Part shown: piece by piece, positions 52,510-62,550 of the stretch
Layout of the letters: each line of letters starts with the position of its first letter
Position numbering within the stretch: position 1 is the first letter of the stretch
Assembly: GCA_963796685.1 (NCBI GenBank)
Contig: CAWCMR010000025.1
Span: 320,001-384,000, forward strand
Direction of reading: 5' to 3'
DNA length: 64,000 bases
DNA from: an uncultured delta proteobacterium
GTDB taxonomy: Bacteria > Myxococcota_A > Polyangia > Fen-1088
The notes under the pieces: model-generated
Seen by the model: only the letters and a program-made list of their open reading frames with translations
What the model was told of the DNA's origin: nothing
Database searches by the model: none
Program-made: the position numbers and the translations under genes

Positions 52510-54744
52510 ATGCTGCCCGGAGTCGCCTTTCGCGCACGCCTCAACCGCCTCTTGCTCAACAAGCGGGTGGGGGGATTGGTTGCGCTCGCCATCGTCGCCG
52601 CGACCTACCCCGTCTCGTGCGGGGCGCTCGGCGGACGCCTGGTGACGTCCAAGCTGGCCGCCAAGCTCGGCGTACCGGTCGAGTACGGCAAGGCGCGGGC
52701 GGGCTGGGGGGCGCTGCACATTTCGGGCCTCGTGCTGGGACCCAAGGCCAGCCCTCTTCTCACCATCGCCAAGGCGGACATCTCGTTCGCCGTGGCCTGG
52801 GGCTCGGGCACGGTGGTTCTGGATTCGCTCCACGCCGACATCCGCCGCGGTGGCGCGGCTGACAACGCCAGCGTCCTTCTGGAGCGGCTGCGCAAGCCCT
52901 CCGTTCGCGGAGGCAGCAGCAAGCAAGCGTCGTATCCGGTGGTCGTCGTTCACCACGGCACGTTGAGCCTCCAGGACAGCAAATCCAACCTCTCGCTGAC
53001 GGTGGGAGCCTTCGACGCCACCTGGGAGCCGTCGCGCCGATTCTCGATTGCAGCGGTTACGGTGGGTGGAACGCTCGGCTCGCACGGCGGCGAGAACGCC
53101 CCGTCCTTCGCGGCGGAGTCCGTAACCATCGAAGGCCCCTTGGCCGGCATGCGCCCGCACGGGTTTCCGGAGATCTCGGTCAAGGAGGGGCAGGTCCGGC
53201 TGCTGCCCACCCTGCCCTTGACCGGTATCACCGGCAGCCTGCGGCCAACCCAAGCCGGCGAGGACGCGGTCGACGTCTTGTTCACCGGAAGCTACGCCGG
53301 TGCCAAGCGGTCGCTGTGGACCGCGACCGGCAAGGTGAAGCCCGCCGTGGACTGGTCGAACGTCGACGGACAGGTGGCCCTGCGCGCCGAGCGCTTCTCG
53401 CTCGACAAGATCGCGGATGTCTTGCCCGCGTCGATCCTCGAGCCCGAAAACACGGAGATCGATGCCGCCATCGAGGCGCGCTTTTCCGGGCGGCAGGTCG
53501 AGCTGTCGGGAAGGCTGGACGTCGACGGGCTGAGCGTGTCGCACGAGAGGCTGGCCAGCGAGCCGGTCGAGAACACGAGCTTCACCCTGCGTTTCGACGC
53601 CACCGTCGATCGCGACCGGCGGCGGCTGGATCTGGCGCAGCTCGAAGGCAAGATCGGCAGTCTGGTGGTTCGTCTGACGGGCTCCATCGAGCTCCCGGTG
53701 GGGACCTTCAAGTTCAAGGACGGGCGCGAGCTGAAGGTGGTTCCCAAGATCGAGCTTTCCTTGCGCGTGCCGCGTACGCCGTGCGCGAAGATCCTGTCCA
53801 GCATTCCCGCGCCGCTCGTGCCCAAGCTGCAGGGGTTCGTGCTGCAGGGCCTGTTCGAGGCCGATGTCCACGCCAAGATCGATTTCAGCAATCTCGACGC
53901 CCTCGACCTCGGCGGCAAGGTCGGCATCGACGGCTGCCAGGTGGTCAAGGCCCCCGACGAGGTGATGGCCCTGGCTGGGCCCGAGTCGATCTTGCAAACC
54001 GTCGAAGTGCCGCCGCCCCCGTCGGGCGGCAAGGACGACGAAACCCTGACCTTCGTCATCGGTCCCGACAACGTGGACTTCGTGCCCTACGACAAGATCT
54101 CGCCCTACCTCATCGCCGCCATCCTGACCACCGAGGATTCCGGCTTCTTCAAGCACCGCGGCTGGGTGTCGTCGCAATTCAAGACCGCGCTCCGGCGCAA
54201 CATCGCGGGCGGCGGCTTCCGCCTGGGCGCCTCGTCCATCACCATGCAGATGGTGAAAAACGTGATCCTCACGCGCGAGAAGACCCTGTCGCGCAAATTC
54301 CAGGAGTTGTTCCTGGTCTGGTTCGTCGAGCAGATCTTGACCAAGCAGCGCATCCTCGAGCTCTACTTCAACGCCATCGAATTCGGCCCACGCCTGTACG
54401 GCATCGGACCCGCGGCGCGACACTACTTCGGCAAGAGCGCGGCCGACCTGTCGCCCATGGAGGCGGCCTTCTTCTCGTCCATCCTGCCCAGTCCCAAACG
54501 ACGCTACGTGCAGTACTGCCACGGGTCGCTCTCCCCGCAGTGGGAACGCTATGTGCACAGAATCTTGAATAAGATGCACGAACGTGGCCGACTCAACGAC
54601 GAGGAATTCACCACGGCCCTCGCCTCGACGTTGGTGTTCGACAAATCCGAGATGACCATGACCGAGAAACAATGCCTGGACTGGGTTCGCAAGATCACGG
54701 CGAAACCCGAGCCCGAGCCCGAACCGGACACGGACGAGAAGTAG
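52510..54744 (+). CDS. Monofunctional peptidoglycan transglycosylase (GT51) with a long beta-rich N-terminal region
   Basis: EDSGFFKHRG, GASSITMQMVKN, RKFQE, LELYFN; no transpeptidase motifs. Confidence 0.88.
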   Translation: MLPGVAFRARLNRLLLNKRVGGLVALAIVAATYPVSCGALGGRLVTSKLAAKLGVPVEYGKARAGWGALHISGLVLGPKASPLLTIAKADISFAVAWGSGTVVLDSLHADIRRGGAADNASVLLERLRKPSVRGGSSKQASYPVVVVHHGTLSLQDSKSNLSLTVGAFDATWEPSRRFSIAAVTVGGTLGSHGGENAPSFAAESVTIEGPLAGMRPHGFPEISVKEGQVRLLPTLPLTGITGSLRPTQAGEDAVDVLFTGSYAGAKRSLWTATGKVKPAVDWSNVDGQVALRAERFSLDKIADVLPASILEPENTEIDAAIEARFSGRQVELSGRLDVDGLSVSHERLASEPVENTSFTLRFDATVDRDRRRLDLAQLEGKIGSLVVRLTGSIELPVGTFKFKDGRELKVVPKIELSLRVPRTPCAKILSSIPAPLVPKLQGFVLQGLFEADVHAKIDFSNLDALDLGGKVGIDGCQVVKAPDEVMALAGPESILQTVEVPPPPSGGKDDETLTFVIGPDNVDFVPYDKISPYLIAAILTTEDSGFFKHRGWVSSQFKTALRRNIAGGGFRLGASSITMQMVKNVILTREKTLSRKFQELFLVWFVEQILTKQRILELYFNAIEFGPRLYGIGPAARHYFGKSAADLSPMEAAFFSSILPSPKRRYVQYCHGSLSPQWERYVHRILNKMHERGRLNDEEFTTALASTLVFDKSEMTMTEKQCLDWVRKITAKPEPEPEPDTDEK

Positions 54745-54749
54745 CCGAC

Positions 54750-57131
54750 ATGGCCGAAAGGGACGACAGCGGGAGGCCAAGGCGCAAGAAAAAGAAGCCG
54801 GGCAAACGCACGTGGCTGCGGCGCCTGATCCTGGTGGGAATCATCTTGTTGGCGCCGGTGGTCGTGGGCGCGGGGACGCTGGTCGGCATCTTCTATTATT
54901 ACGGCGACGATCCGGCCATGCCCAGCCTGAGCGGCATCGGCGACTATCACCCGGAGCAGATCATCAAGGTGCTCGACCGCGATGGCACCCTCATCGGCGA
55001 GATCGGGTCTGTCCACCGCACCGTGGTGCCCTACGCGAAGATCCCCAAGATCATGATCCAGGCCCTGCTGGCCGCGGAGGACGCCGACTACTTCGAGCAC
55101 GAGGGCGTGGATTACAAAGGCATGGCGCGCGCCTTCGTCGAAAACATCCTTCGGCGCAAGTTCGCCCAGGGCGCCTCGACCATCACCCAGCAGGTGGTCA
55201 AGCAGCTCTTGCTCACCCCGGAGAAGAGCATGCGGCGCAAGGTGCAGGAGATCATCCTGGCGCGCCGGTTGTCGCAGCGCTTTTCCAAGGAAGACGTGCT
55301 GGCCATCTACCTCAACCAGATGTGTTTCGGCCACGGCCGCTATGGGGTGGAGGAGGCCGCGCGCTACTTCTTCGGCAAGTCCATCAGCGACGTCGACGTG
55401 GGCGAGGCGGCGCTGCTGGCCGGGCTGGTGCAGTCGCCCGAGCGACTCTCGCCGTACAAACATCCGGACGCGGCCAAGAAGCGTCAGATCTACGTCCTGG
55501 GGCAGATGGTCAAGCTCGAATACATCTATGATGACGTGGCCCAGAAGATCGCCGCCGCGCCCATCGCGGTGATCCCCGAGGGACAGGCGGTGCCCAGCGT
55601 GGCCCCCGAGGCCGTGGACACCGTTCGCAAGCTGCTCGAAGCCAAGTACGGCGCCGACAAGCTCTCGACCCTCGGCATCGAGGTCAAGACCACCATCGAT
55701 TCGCGCTTGCAGGCCATGGCCCGCTGGTCGCTGGAACGCGGCCTCGAGGAAGTGGACCAGCGCCACGGCTTCCGCGGTCCCATCGCCCACCTGTCGGGTA
55801 GAGCGCTGGACAGAAAGCGCGCCGAGCTGGTGGCCGAGCGCAAGAAGCCCTTGACCGAGAACGACAAGACCGACGGCATCGTCGAGAAGGTCGACAAGAG
55901 CCCCGACAATCCCAGGCAGGTCTCGCTGACGGTGTTCGTCGGCGACCGCAGCGGCGTCGTCGACATGACGGCGGAGCCCCGCTACAACCAGGGCACCAAG
56001 CCGCCGCTGGCCGAGCGCTTTCATCCCGGTGACCTCGTGCGCGTGCGCCTGGCCCCAGAGCGCAAGCACGACAGCAACGGCAACGTCGCCCTGGCCCTGG
56101 AGCTCGGCCCGCAGGCGGCCATGGTCGTGATGGATCCGCTGCGCCACGAGATCCTGGGCCTGGTGGGCGGCTACCGCTACCGGCTGGGCACCTTCGATCG
56201 CAGCCAACGCGCCCACCGCCAACCCGGCTCGGCCTTCAAGCCCTTCATCTACGCCGCCGCCATCGATTCCAAGCGCTACACCGCCGCCTCGATCGTCAAC
56301 GACAGCCCCGAGGTGTTCAAGCTGTGGAAGCCGCAGAACCACGACAAGGACAACTTCCGCGGTCCCATTCGCCTGCGCGTGGCCCTGGCCAATTCCATCA
56401 ACACCGTCGCCATCAAGCTGCTCTCGGACGTGGGCGTGGTGGCCGCGCGCGATATGGCCGCGCGGGCCGGGCTCGACTTGCCGCCGGTGGAGAAGCTCGA
56501 TTTGTCGCTCGCCCTCGGCACGGCCACGGTCACGCCCCTCGAGCTGAGCAACGCCTACGCCACCTTCGCGGACGCGGGTCAATCGGGCGACGCGCGCCTG
56601 ATCACCGCCTTCGGCAATGAGGCCGCCCCCGCGCCCGTGCTGCCGCAATCCATTCGCCCCGAGACCGCCTACGTCACGGTTTCGCTCATGCGCAGCGTGA
56701 TCGAGTCGGGAACCGCACGCAGCGCCGCCCCCAAGCTCAAGCGCCCGGCGGCCGGCAAGACCGGAACCACCGACGAAGAGCGCGACGCCTGGTTCGTCGG
56801 CTTCACCCCCGAGCTTCTCGCAGGGGTCTGGGTCGGCTTCGACGAGCGCCGCATGCTCGGCCGCGGCGAGGAAGGCGCCCACACCGCCTTGCCCATCTGG
56901 ACCGAATTCATGGTCAAGGCCCTGGCCGGCACCCCCGTGACCGACTTCCCCCAGCCCCCCGGTATCGTCGTCGCGCGCATCAATCCCACCACCGGCCTCT
57001 TGGCCGCCCCCGGCAGCGAAGGCCTCGACGAGGTCTTCCTCGACGGCACCGCCCCCACCGAAACCGCCGCCCCTCCCGGCGAGGAAGCGACGCCGGACCA
57101 GATGCTGATGGAGGGACACGGGGGGCCGTAG
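54750..57131 (+). CDS. mrcA: Class A penicillin-binding protein 1A
   Basis: GT51 motifs (EDADYFEHEG, GASTITQQ, RKVQE) plus transpeptidase motifs SAFK, SIN, KTG. Confidence 0.95.
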   Translation: MAERDDSGRPRRKKKKPGKRTWLRRLILVGIILLAPVVVGAGTLVGIFYYYGDDPAMPSLSGIGDYHPEQIIKVLDRDGTLIGEIGSVHRTVVPYAKIPKIMIQALLAAEDADYFEHEGVDYKGMARAFVENILRRKFAQGASTITQQVVKQLLLTPEKSMRRKVQEIILARRLSQRFSKEDVLAIYLNQMCFGHGRYGVEEAARYFFGKSISDVDVGEAALLAGLVQSPERLSPYKHPDAAKKRQIYVLGQMVKLEYIYDDVAQKIAAAPIAVIPEGQAVPSVAPEAVDTVRKLLEAKYGADKLSTLGIEVKTTIDSRLQAMARWSLERGLEEVDQRHGFRGPIAHLSGRALDRKRAELVAERKKPLTENDKTDGIVEKVDKSPDNPRQVSLTVFVGDRSGVVDMTAEPRYNQGTKPPLAERFHPGDLVRVRLAPERKHDSNGNVALALELGPQAAMVVMDPLRHEILGLVGGYRYRLGTFDRSQRAHRQPGSAFKPFIYAAAIDSKRYTAASIVNDSPEVFKLWKPQNHDKDNFRGPIRLRVALANSINTVAIKLLSDVGVVAARDMAARAGLDLPPVEKLDLSLALGTATVTPLELSNAYATFADAGQSGDARLITAFGNEAAPAPVLPQSIRPETAYVTVSLMRSVIESGTARSAAPKLKRPAAGKTGTTDEERDAWFVGFTPELLAGVWVGFDERRMLGRGEEGAHTALPIWTEFMVKALAGTPVTDFPQPPGIVVARINPTTGLLAAPGSEGLDEVFLDGTAPTETAAPPGEEATPDQMLMEGHGGP

Positions 57132-57404
57132 AAGCAGCGACAGGTCGAGGGTCAGCCTCGCGGGGCGCCTTGCCGTCCGGATTCGGCCGTCGCGTTCGCT
57201 CCAGCCCTCCCCTTGTCGGAAAGATTGCGGCGTTCGCTGCCTTGTACGCATGTGTTGCTCTCTTGCTCCGGGTGGGGTACCGAGGTGTCGCCGAGCTACG
57301 TGGCCGGAGGCTTCTCTACCTTCTAAGAATCCTAGAGCGCATACGGCTTGATTTGCGGTTTGGCCGTGTTATTCAGGGACCTCTCGCGGAGCAGCGCAGC
57401 AGGT

Positions 57405-58019
57405 CTATGCGCCTACGGCGCCGGCAGGAAGCGCATTCGTCGCATCGTTCAGCCAGCTCCGAAGGCTCCTCGCGTCCTTTGGAATGGCCTGAAAGTTTGC
57501 GCTGCGAACGACCTCGACCATGGCGGGAGTATTCTTGGCCACAATGCCCTTCTCTTGCGCGGCTTTCTGCACGGCCGACTTGCCGCGGATCTCGGTGCCA
57601 CCTTCGCCCAGCAAGGCAAGAAGCCAGCCCTCCAGAGCCGGAACTGCTGCCGCTCCAACTATGGAAAGGGAGCGGGCATCCCCCAGGGCGACACGGATGG
57701 CGTCCGAGATCACGCGCGGTCGCGCTTTGTCGTCATCCGAATCTCGCGTGAAAGCCAGGATGCTCGCTCCCGCGCGGCGGGCTTCCAACGCTAAACCCCG
57801 TACGTTCTGTTGGTCGCTCGGACTTGGACCCCGGGCGCGTAGCTTTACGATGTTGCACCACTTGCACGCTCCTATGACGGTCCAGCCATCCGGCGGGACT
57901 CGCCTAAGCAGAGCTTCGATGACGCCTGGTGATTCGTCGCTCTGGTACACAGTTTCGCCACATCGGCTGCCGAGCTCGTTCTTTCCTTCTCCACCTAGGA
58001 AGAGCTTCAAGTCACTCAC
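57405..58019 (-). CDS. TOPRIM-like (DUF4276-type) partner of an ABC/AAA_21 ATPase
   Basis: LGGEGKNE (acidic motif), FTRDSD (DxD), VPALEGWLL; GTGA-coupled to the ATPase fragment. Confidence 0.62.
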   Translation of the reverse strand: MSDLKLFLGGEGKNELGSRCGETVYQSDESPGVIEALLRRVPPDGWTVIGACKWCNIVKLRARGPSPSDQQNVRGLALEARRAGASILAFTRDSDDDKARPRVISDAIRVALGDARSLSIVGAAAVPALEGWLLALLGEGGTEIRGKSAVQKAAQEKGIVAKNTPAMVEVVRSANFQAIPKDARSLRSWLNDATNALPAGAVGA

Positions 58020-58350
58020 GAACGCGGGCTCCCGTTCAGAAGCGGCGCTTCCATGCGGCCGTCGCAATAGCTGACCCAGAATTCGCCCGGCTGGTAGACC
58101 TTTGACGCTTCCTCGAAGCCAGGAACATCCTTGAGGAGCTTCGCGGCTGTACCCGTCTTCGGATCTCGAGTGACGATGCTGACCTCGTCGCCCTTGAGCT
58201 CGTTGACCACGAGTGGGCTGTGTGTGGCGATGATGACCTGACTGTTCTTGGAGATCTCGCGCAAAATCGTCATGACATCGCCGATGCGTGCCGGGTGCAA
58301 TCCGTTCTCTGGCTCTTCGACAAGAAACAGCTTGGATTCGCCAAGATACG
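58016..58350 (-). pseudogene. C-terminal fragment of an ABC-type (AAA_21/AAA_15) ATPase
   Basis: Walker B/D-loop LFLVEEPENGLHP and H-loop IIATHSP present; Walker A and N-terminus absent. Confidence 0.85.
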
Positions 58351-58425
58351 TCGAGAAACACATGTCGTGTGGCTCTCCGGCTGGGCACACGAACCGGCTG
58401 TCCGCCGCAAGAATCCCGTCGTGTA

Positions 58426-58547
58426 CCTACGTCACGGTCTCGCTCATGCGCAGCGTGATCGAATCGGGCACTGCACGCAACGCCGCCCCCAAGCTCAAGC
58501 GCCCAGCCGCCGGCAAGACCGGAACCACCGATGAAGAGCGCGACGCC
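58426..58547 (+). pseudogene. Diverged 122-bp copy of PBP1A 56668-56789
   Basis: Direct alignment shows 8 substitutions, 7 of them synonymous. Confidence 0.93.
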
Positions 58548-58613
58548 ACGGTTGATCGTCTAACCAAATGCATCCGGTAGCGGCGGGAACGCAGTTATGC
58601 TGTAGGTTGCTCT

Positions 58614-58970
58614 GTGGAGGTGCATGGCCCCTACCCTCGCGCGACCGGGAGCTTCATGTTGAAGCCCGCTTACTTCTCGACCGCCCACCCGTGGCTCCTG
58701 TTTTCCAAGGTGGATCCCGGCTGCCCCATCACGGTCAAGGGCATGAGCCGCGATGGTATCGTGGCCTTTCGTCTGCCCGAGGTACGGTTGCATGCCGATG
58801 TCAAGATCGGGCGGCGGAGCCTGCAGGCGCCCCTTCGCCTCGACACCGTTGAGCTAAAACCCGAGGAGCACCGGCTCTCGTGCGTGCTGCGCTCGGCCTT
58901 TCGCTACTACGTTCATCCGGGCGAGCACCGCCACGTCACCTTGAGCGATGCCAACGCGGGGAGTGGTTGA
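58614..58970 (+). pseudogene. C-terminal fragment of a DUF2169-like T6SS adaptor, followed by a short truncated ORF (from 58970)
   Basis: AYFSTAHP.L...GMSRDG..AFRLP...LRLDTVELKPEEHRL resembles the DUF2169 C-terminus; no N-terminal part. Confidence 0.65.
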
Positions 58971-59305
58971 TGATTGTCTGGAGCATCAACAGCCTGAACT
59001 TCGTCCTCGGCCTGACGACACACAAATACCTTCCTCTGCCGGCGCCGACGCCCGTCATCGCCGGGGCAACAGACCCGTTACCCTGGACCTGCCAGGGGCA
59101 TCCCCACGGATCGTTCTACGCACGGCGCGCAGCGACGTCGCGCTGAATCCGCGGCCATTTCAAATAGACTGGGACATCGACCACAGTCGACTGACCATGG
59201 TCTGGGGCGCCGGAGTTCCCCTTGCCCACCCCTCGCTAAGCAGCCTGTCCGGACAGGAGTTGCTCGAATGCCGATCATCGCCACTTGATCATCGCCCCGC
59301 CCATG

Positions 59306-59571
59306 CCGGAACCACCGACGAGGAGCGCGACGCCTGGTTCGGCGGCTTCACACCCGAGCTGCTGGCCGGCGTCTGGGTCGGCTTCGACGAGCGCCGCATG
59401 CTCGGCCGCGGCGAGGAAGGAGCCCACACCGCCCTGCCCATCTGGACCGAATTCATGGTCAAGGCCCTGGCCGGCACTCCCGTCACCGACTTCACCCAGC
59501 CCCCCGGCATCGTGGTCGCGCGCATCGATCCCACCACCGGTCTTCTGGCCGCCCCGGCAGCGAAGGCCTCG
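59306..59571 (+). pseudogene. Diverged 266-bp copy of PBP1A 56761-57027
   Basis: About 18 substitutions (about 15 synonymous) plus a 1-bp deletion in a C-run. Confidence 0.93.
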
Positions 59572-59897
59572 TCCTGCACTGGCTGCACGGAGGCGCTACC
59601 AGCCTCAAGAACCTTGCCCTTGTGTGCACTCACCACCATCATTTGCTCCACGAGGGTGGCTGGTCCGTCGAGCGAACGTCGGACGGAGATTTGCTCTTCC
59701 GCGCGCCGGACGGACGAGAAATGCCAGCGGTACCTGCGAGCGAAGTCAGCGAAGATGCGCGCGTGTTCCTGAAAGAATGGGCCGAAGAGCGTGGGATGGA
59801 CATTGGGGCGGACACCAACATGCCGCTGTGGGATGGGACGCGGATGGACTACGACTGGGCAGTGGCGATGCTGACGTCGGAGTCTGGGTTACTATGA
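59572..59897 (+). pseudogene. C-terminal fragment of an HNH endonuclease (DUF222-associated type)
   Basis: HWLHGGATSLKNLALVCTHHHHLLHEGGWSV...FRAPDGR, starting right where the PBP1A copy ends. Confidence 0.8.
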
Positions 59898-60033
59898 TGC
59901 TCGCAAGAAAGGCCCGCGCAGCCAGCGTCAACTACAGCAAGCGGTGCACTTAGGCGAACTCTCGTGAGACTGGGAAAAAATGACAAAGTACATCTACCGG
60001 TTTCGCTCAACACGTGCCGCCTTGGACCAGCAC

Positions 60034-60093
60034 GCGAGGAGCGGGCATCCCAGCGGCCCGCCGGACCGGCCATGCCGACGCTCGAGGTGACCC
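60034..60093 (+). repeat. 60-bp direct repeat of 62672-62731 (inside the alpha/beta-hydrolase pseudogene)
   Basis: GCGAGGAGCGGGCATCCCAGCGGCCCGC(C/G)GGACCGGCCATGCCGACGCTCGAGGTGACCC, one mismatch. Confidence 0.93.
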
Positions 60094-60396
60094 GCCTGTA
60101 TCGGTTACGCTCCATCAAGCGAGAGTGAGGACGGCCACTTACGCTTGCTCTCCGGAGCTGGGGAGGAGCCAGAAGAAAACAACAGGAAGCCACCGTGTAA
60201 CTCTGCAACTCGCCTCCTGGCAGGCGAGCACGCAAGCGATCCGGTGCTTGCCCGGCTCGTGGCCCTGCAAGCGTACTGGCGGCATGCCCACGACGACAAG
60301 GTGGTGTGCCGAGGGCTGCTCGACCTGTTGGAAGAGCAGTAGCCATGGCGTTTCTATGGTCGCAATCTGCGACTTCAAGTTACCATTGCCACATCC

Positions 60397-60930
60397 ATGC
60401 CTGACCAGCACGTCGTGCCCCTCGAACGGGTAGAGCGCTCAATCCTGATTTTGCGCGGTCACCGGGTCATCCTCGATTCGGACCTTGCCGCTCTCTACGG
60501 CGTGTCCGTGAAGCGGCTCAACGAGCAGGTCAAACGAAACATCGATCGGTTCCCCGACGATTTCGCGCTCACCCTGACCGAGGAAGAGCACGAAGCTTTA
60601 AGGTCGCAATTTGCGACCTTAAAGACCGGCCGAGGTGAGCACCGAAAGTACCTGCCCCGCGCCTTCACCGAGCACGGCGCGCTCATGGCCGCATCGGTGC
60701 TCAACTCGCCGAAGGCCGTGGAGATGAGCATCCTGGTCGTACGCGTCTTCGTGCGCCTCCGCCAGATCCTGGCCAGCAACCGCCAACTCGCCGCCAAGCT
60801 GAACGAGCTGGAGCAAAAGATCGCCGCCCACGACAAGAACATCGTGGCCCTGTTCCAAACCGTGCGCAACTTGATGGTCGTGCCGGAGAAGCCGAAGCGT
60901 AGGATCGGGTTCAACAGGGAAGGGGCGTAA
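60397..60930 (+). CDS. ORF6N-domain (KilA-N-like) DNA-binding protein
   Basis: RGHRVILDSDLAALYGV, LNEQVKRNIDRFPDDF, LPRAFTEHGALM, C-terminal RRIGF. Confidence 0.92.
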   Translation: MPDQHVVPLERVERSILILRGHRVILDSDLAALYGVSVKRLNEQVKRNIDRFPDDFALTLTEEEHEALRSQFATLKTGRGEHRKYLPRAFTEHGALMAASVLNSPKAVEMSILVVRVFVRLRQILASNRQLAAKLNELEQKIAAHDKNIVALFQTVRNLMVVPEKPKRRIGFNREGA

Positions 60931-61224
60931 CCGGCCGAGGGATAGGCAGCATTCGCATGGACTCGAATGAAAGGTTCCTCGTCGACGAATTGTGCCAGAG
61001 GATCACGTAGCAGATATTCCACGAGCGAGACATCCTGGCCCTGCGGATTCTTTTGAGGGGACACTCGGCCTGGAGACCCGACAATTCCAGCGGCTTCCAG
61101 TGACCCGAGCCCGCGTTTCTCGAGATCGGCCTGGCGCCGTTCCACGCGATCGCTTCCAGCCCAGGCCCTGGTAGCCAGGGATCATGGATAGGCAATCGGA
61201 TTGCCTTCTGCCCGCCTGGCACCC

Positions 61225-61626
61225 GAACACGATTCCGGGCTGACTTGTCACCTGCTGGGCATTCGCACCAAGGAGCAGCTGTATGCGCACCCGCTGCGCG
61301 GAGCCATCTTCGAATCGTGGATGGTTTCCGAAGTGGCGAAGGCGCGGCTTGGCGGCGGCCTGTCGCCGCGCACGTTTCACTACCGAGAATCCCGGGGCCC
61401 AGAGGTGGACCTGCTGGTACAAGGGGAGAAGAGCTGGATCTTGGCCGAGGCCAAGTCGGGCAGCACCGTGGATTCCTCATTCTTCGCGGGAATGGAGCGC
61501 TTCTCCACGCGCCTTCCCAAAGGCGCGTCCATCGTCCGCCGCCTGGTCTACGGCGGCAGCGAACCGCAACAGCGCCAAGGCGTGGCCGTCACCCCATCGG
61601 CGAAGATCCAGGACAGCCGCTGGTAA
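61225..61626 (+). pseudogene. C-terminal (DUF4143) fragment of an AAA_14 ATPase-nuclease
   Basis: DSGLTCHLLGI...GAIFESWMVSE...FHYRESRGPEVDLL...AEAKSG; ATPase half missing. Confidence 0.8.
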
Positions 61627-61644
61627 GCCTGCGATGGCCGGCTC

Positions 61645-61968
61645 CTAAGCCGCTGCCTTGCCTTTGCATGAGCCGGGCCAGATGGCTCGCAGAACCGTGC
61701 GTGGGAACTTTTCGATGACGGTCAGCAGAACCAACGCCGGACCGTCCGGGGTGCGGCGTCCTTGTTCCCAGTTGCGGACCGTTCCAAGGCTGACCCCGAA
61801 TGCGGCGGCGAACTGCTCTTGGGACAGTCCCAACTTTCCCCGCGTGGCGGCCACATCCACATCGCTGGCCCGCATCTTACGCACACGACCGCGGGCTTTG
61901 GCGCCCTTGCTGAACGCAATCGCGTCTTCGAGTCCTTCAGCGATAGCCTGGAATGCTTTTTTACTCAT
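61645..61968 (-). CDS. higA: XRE/HTH antitoxin (HigA-like)
   Basis: IAEGLEDAI, GLSQEQFAAAFGVSLGTVRNWEQGRRTPDGPA; downstream of a toxin-like gene. Confidence 0.88.
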   Translation of the reverse strand: MSKKAFQAIAEGLEDAIAFSKGAKARGRVRKMRASDVDVAATRGKLGLSQEQFAAAFGVSLGTVRNWEQGRRTPDGPALVLLTVIEKFPRTVLRAIWPGSCKGKAAA

Positions 61969-61971
61969 GGT

Positions 61972-62316
61972 TCACCTCTTGAAGTACTTCTTCAACTCCC
62001 TCACCAACGCGGCGAGCTGGTTTCGTTCTGCCATGGACAGATTGTCCTTTTGGTTCTTGGCGAACAGCGTGAGCAGAAAGGTGGGTACGTCTTCGCTGTG
62101 GAAGAACTAGACGACTCGGACTCCTCCGCTCTTTCCCCGTTCTCCGATGGCCACGCGGACTTTGCGAACACCACCGGTTCCCTTCATGATCACGCCGCAG
62201 GCCGGATCTCTTGCGATCGTCTCTATGACTCGGTCCTGCTCTTCCTGGGTCAGGAGTTTCTGTACCCTGGCCTGGTAGCTGCGCGTTTCGACGACCGAGA
62301 TCCATCTTTCCACCAC
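61972..62316 (-). pseudogene. higB: RelE/HigB-family toxin with an in-frame TAG at 62107-62109
   Basis: GTGGVRKVRVA..RGKSGGVRVV*FFH...FLLTLFAKNQKDNLS; the stop sits where the family has Tyr (RVIYF). Confidence 0.85.
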
Positions 62317-62550
62317 GGCATCGATACTACGCCATTGGCGCATACTCGGCAAGGTGGCCGAGCGGGATGGCAAGGACGTTGGCTGGACGCGTGCATCTCC
62401 CAGCTTTGGAAGCGATCGCGAAAAGCGGCGCCATGGCGATCCCGAGAAGTGCGGGCTCGGATGGACACAAGTTGCCTACGGCATCGCGGCCTTGTTACGG
62501 AAGCCGCCTGGAGCGCATCGAATGTGTAAACCTGCGAAGGCGAGGTCATC

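Noticed and set aside
56668-59571. Diversity-generating retroelement (TR/VR pair) acting on PBP1A
   Set aside because: Mismatches are mostly synonymous third positions involving all bases rather than adenine-specific, and no reverse transcriptase is present.
62107-62109. Pyrrolysine or stop-codon reassignment in the toxin
   Set aside because: TAG terminates many conserved genes in this window and no pyl genes are present.
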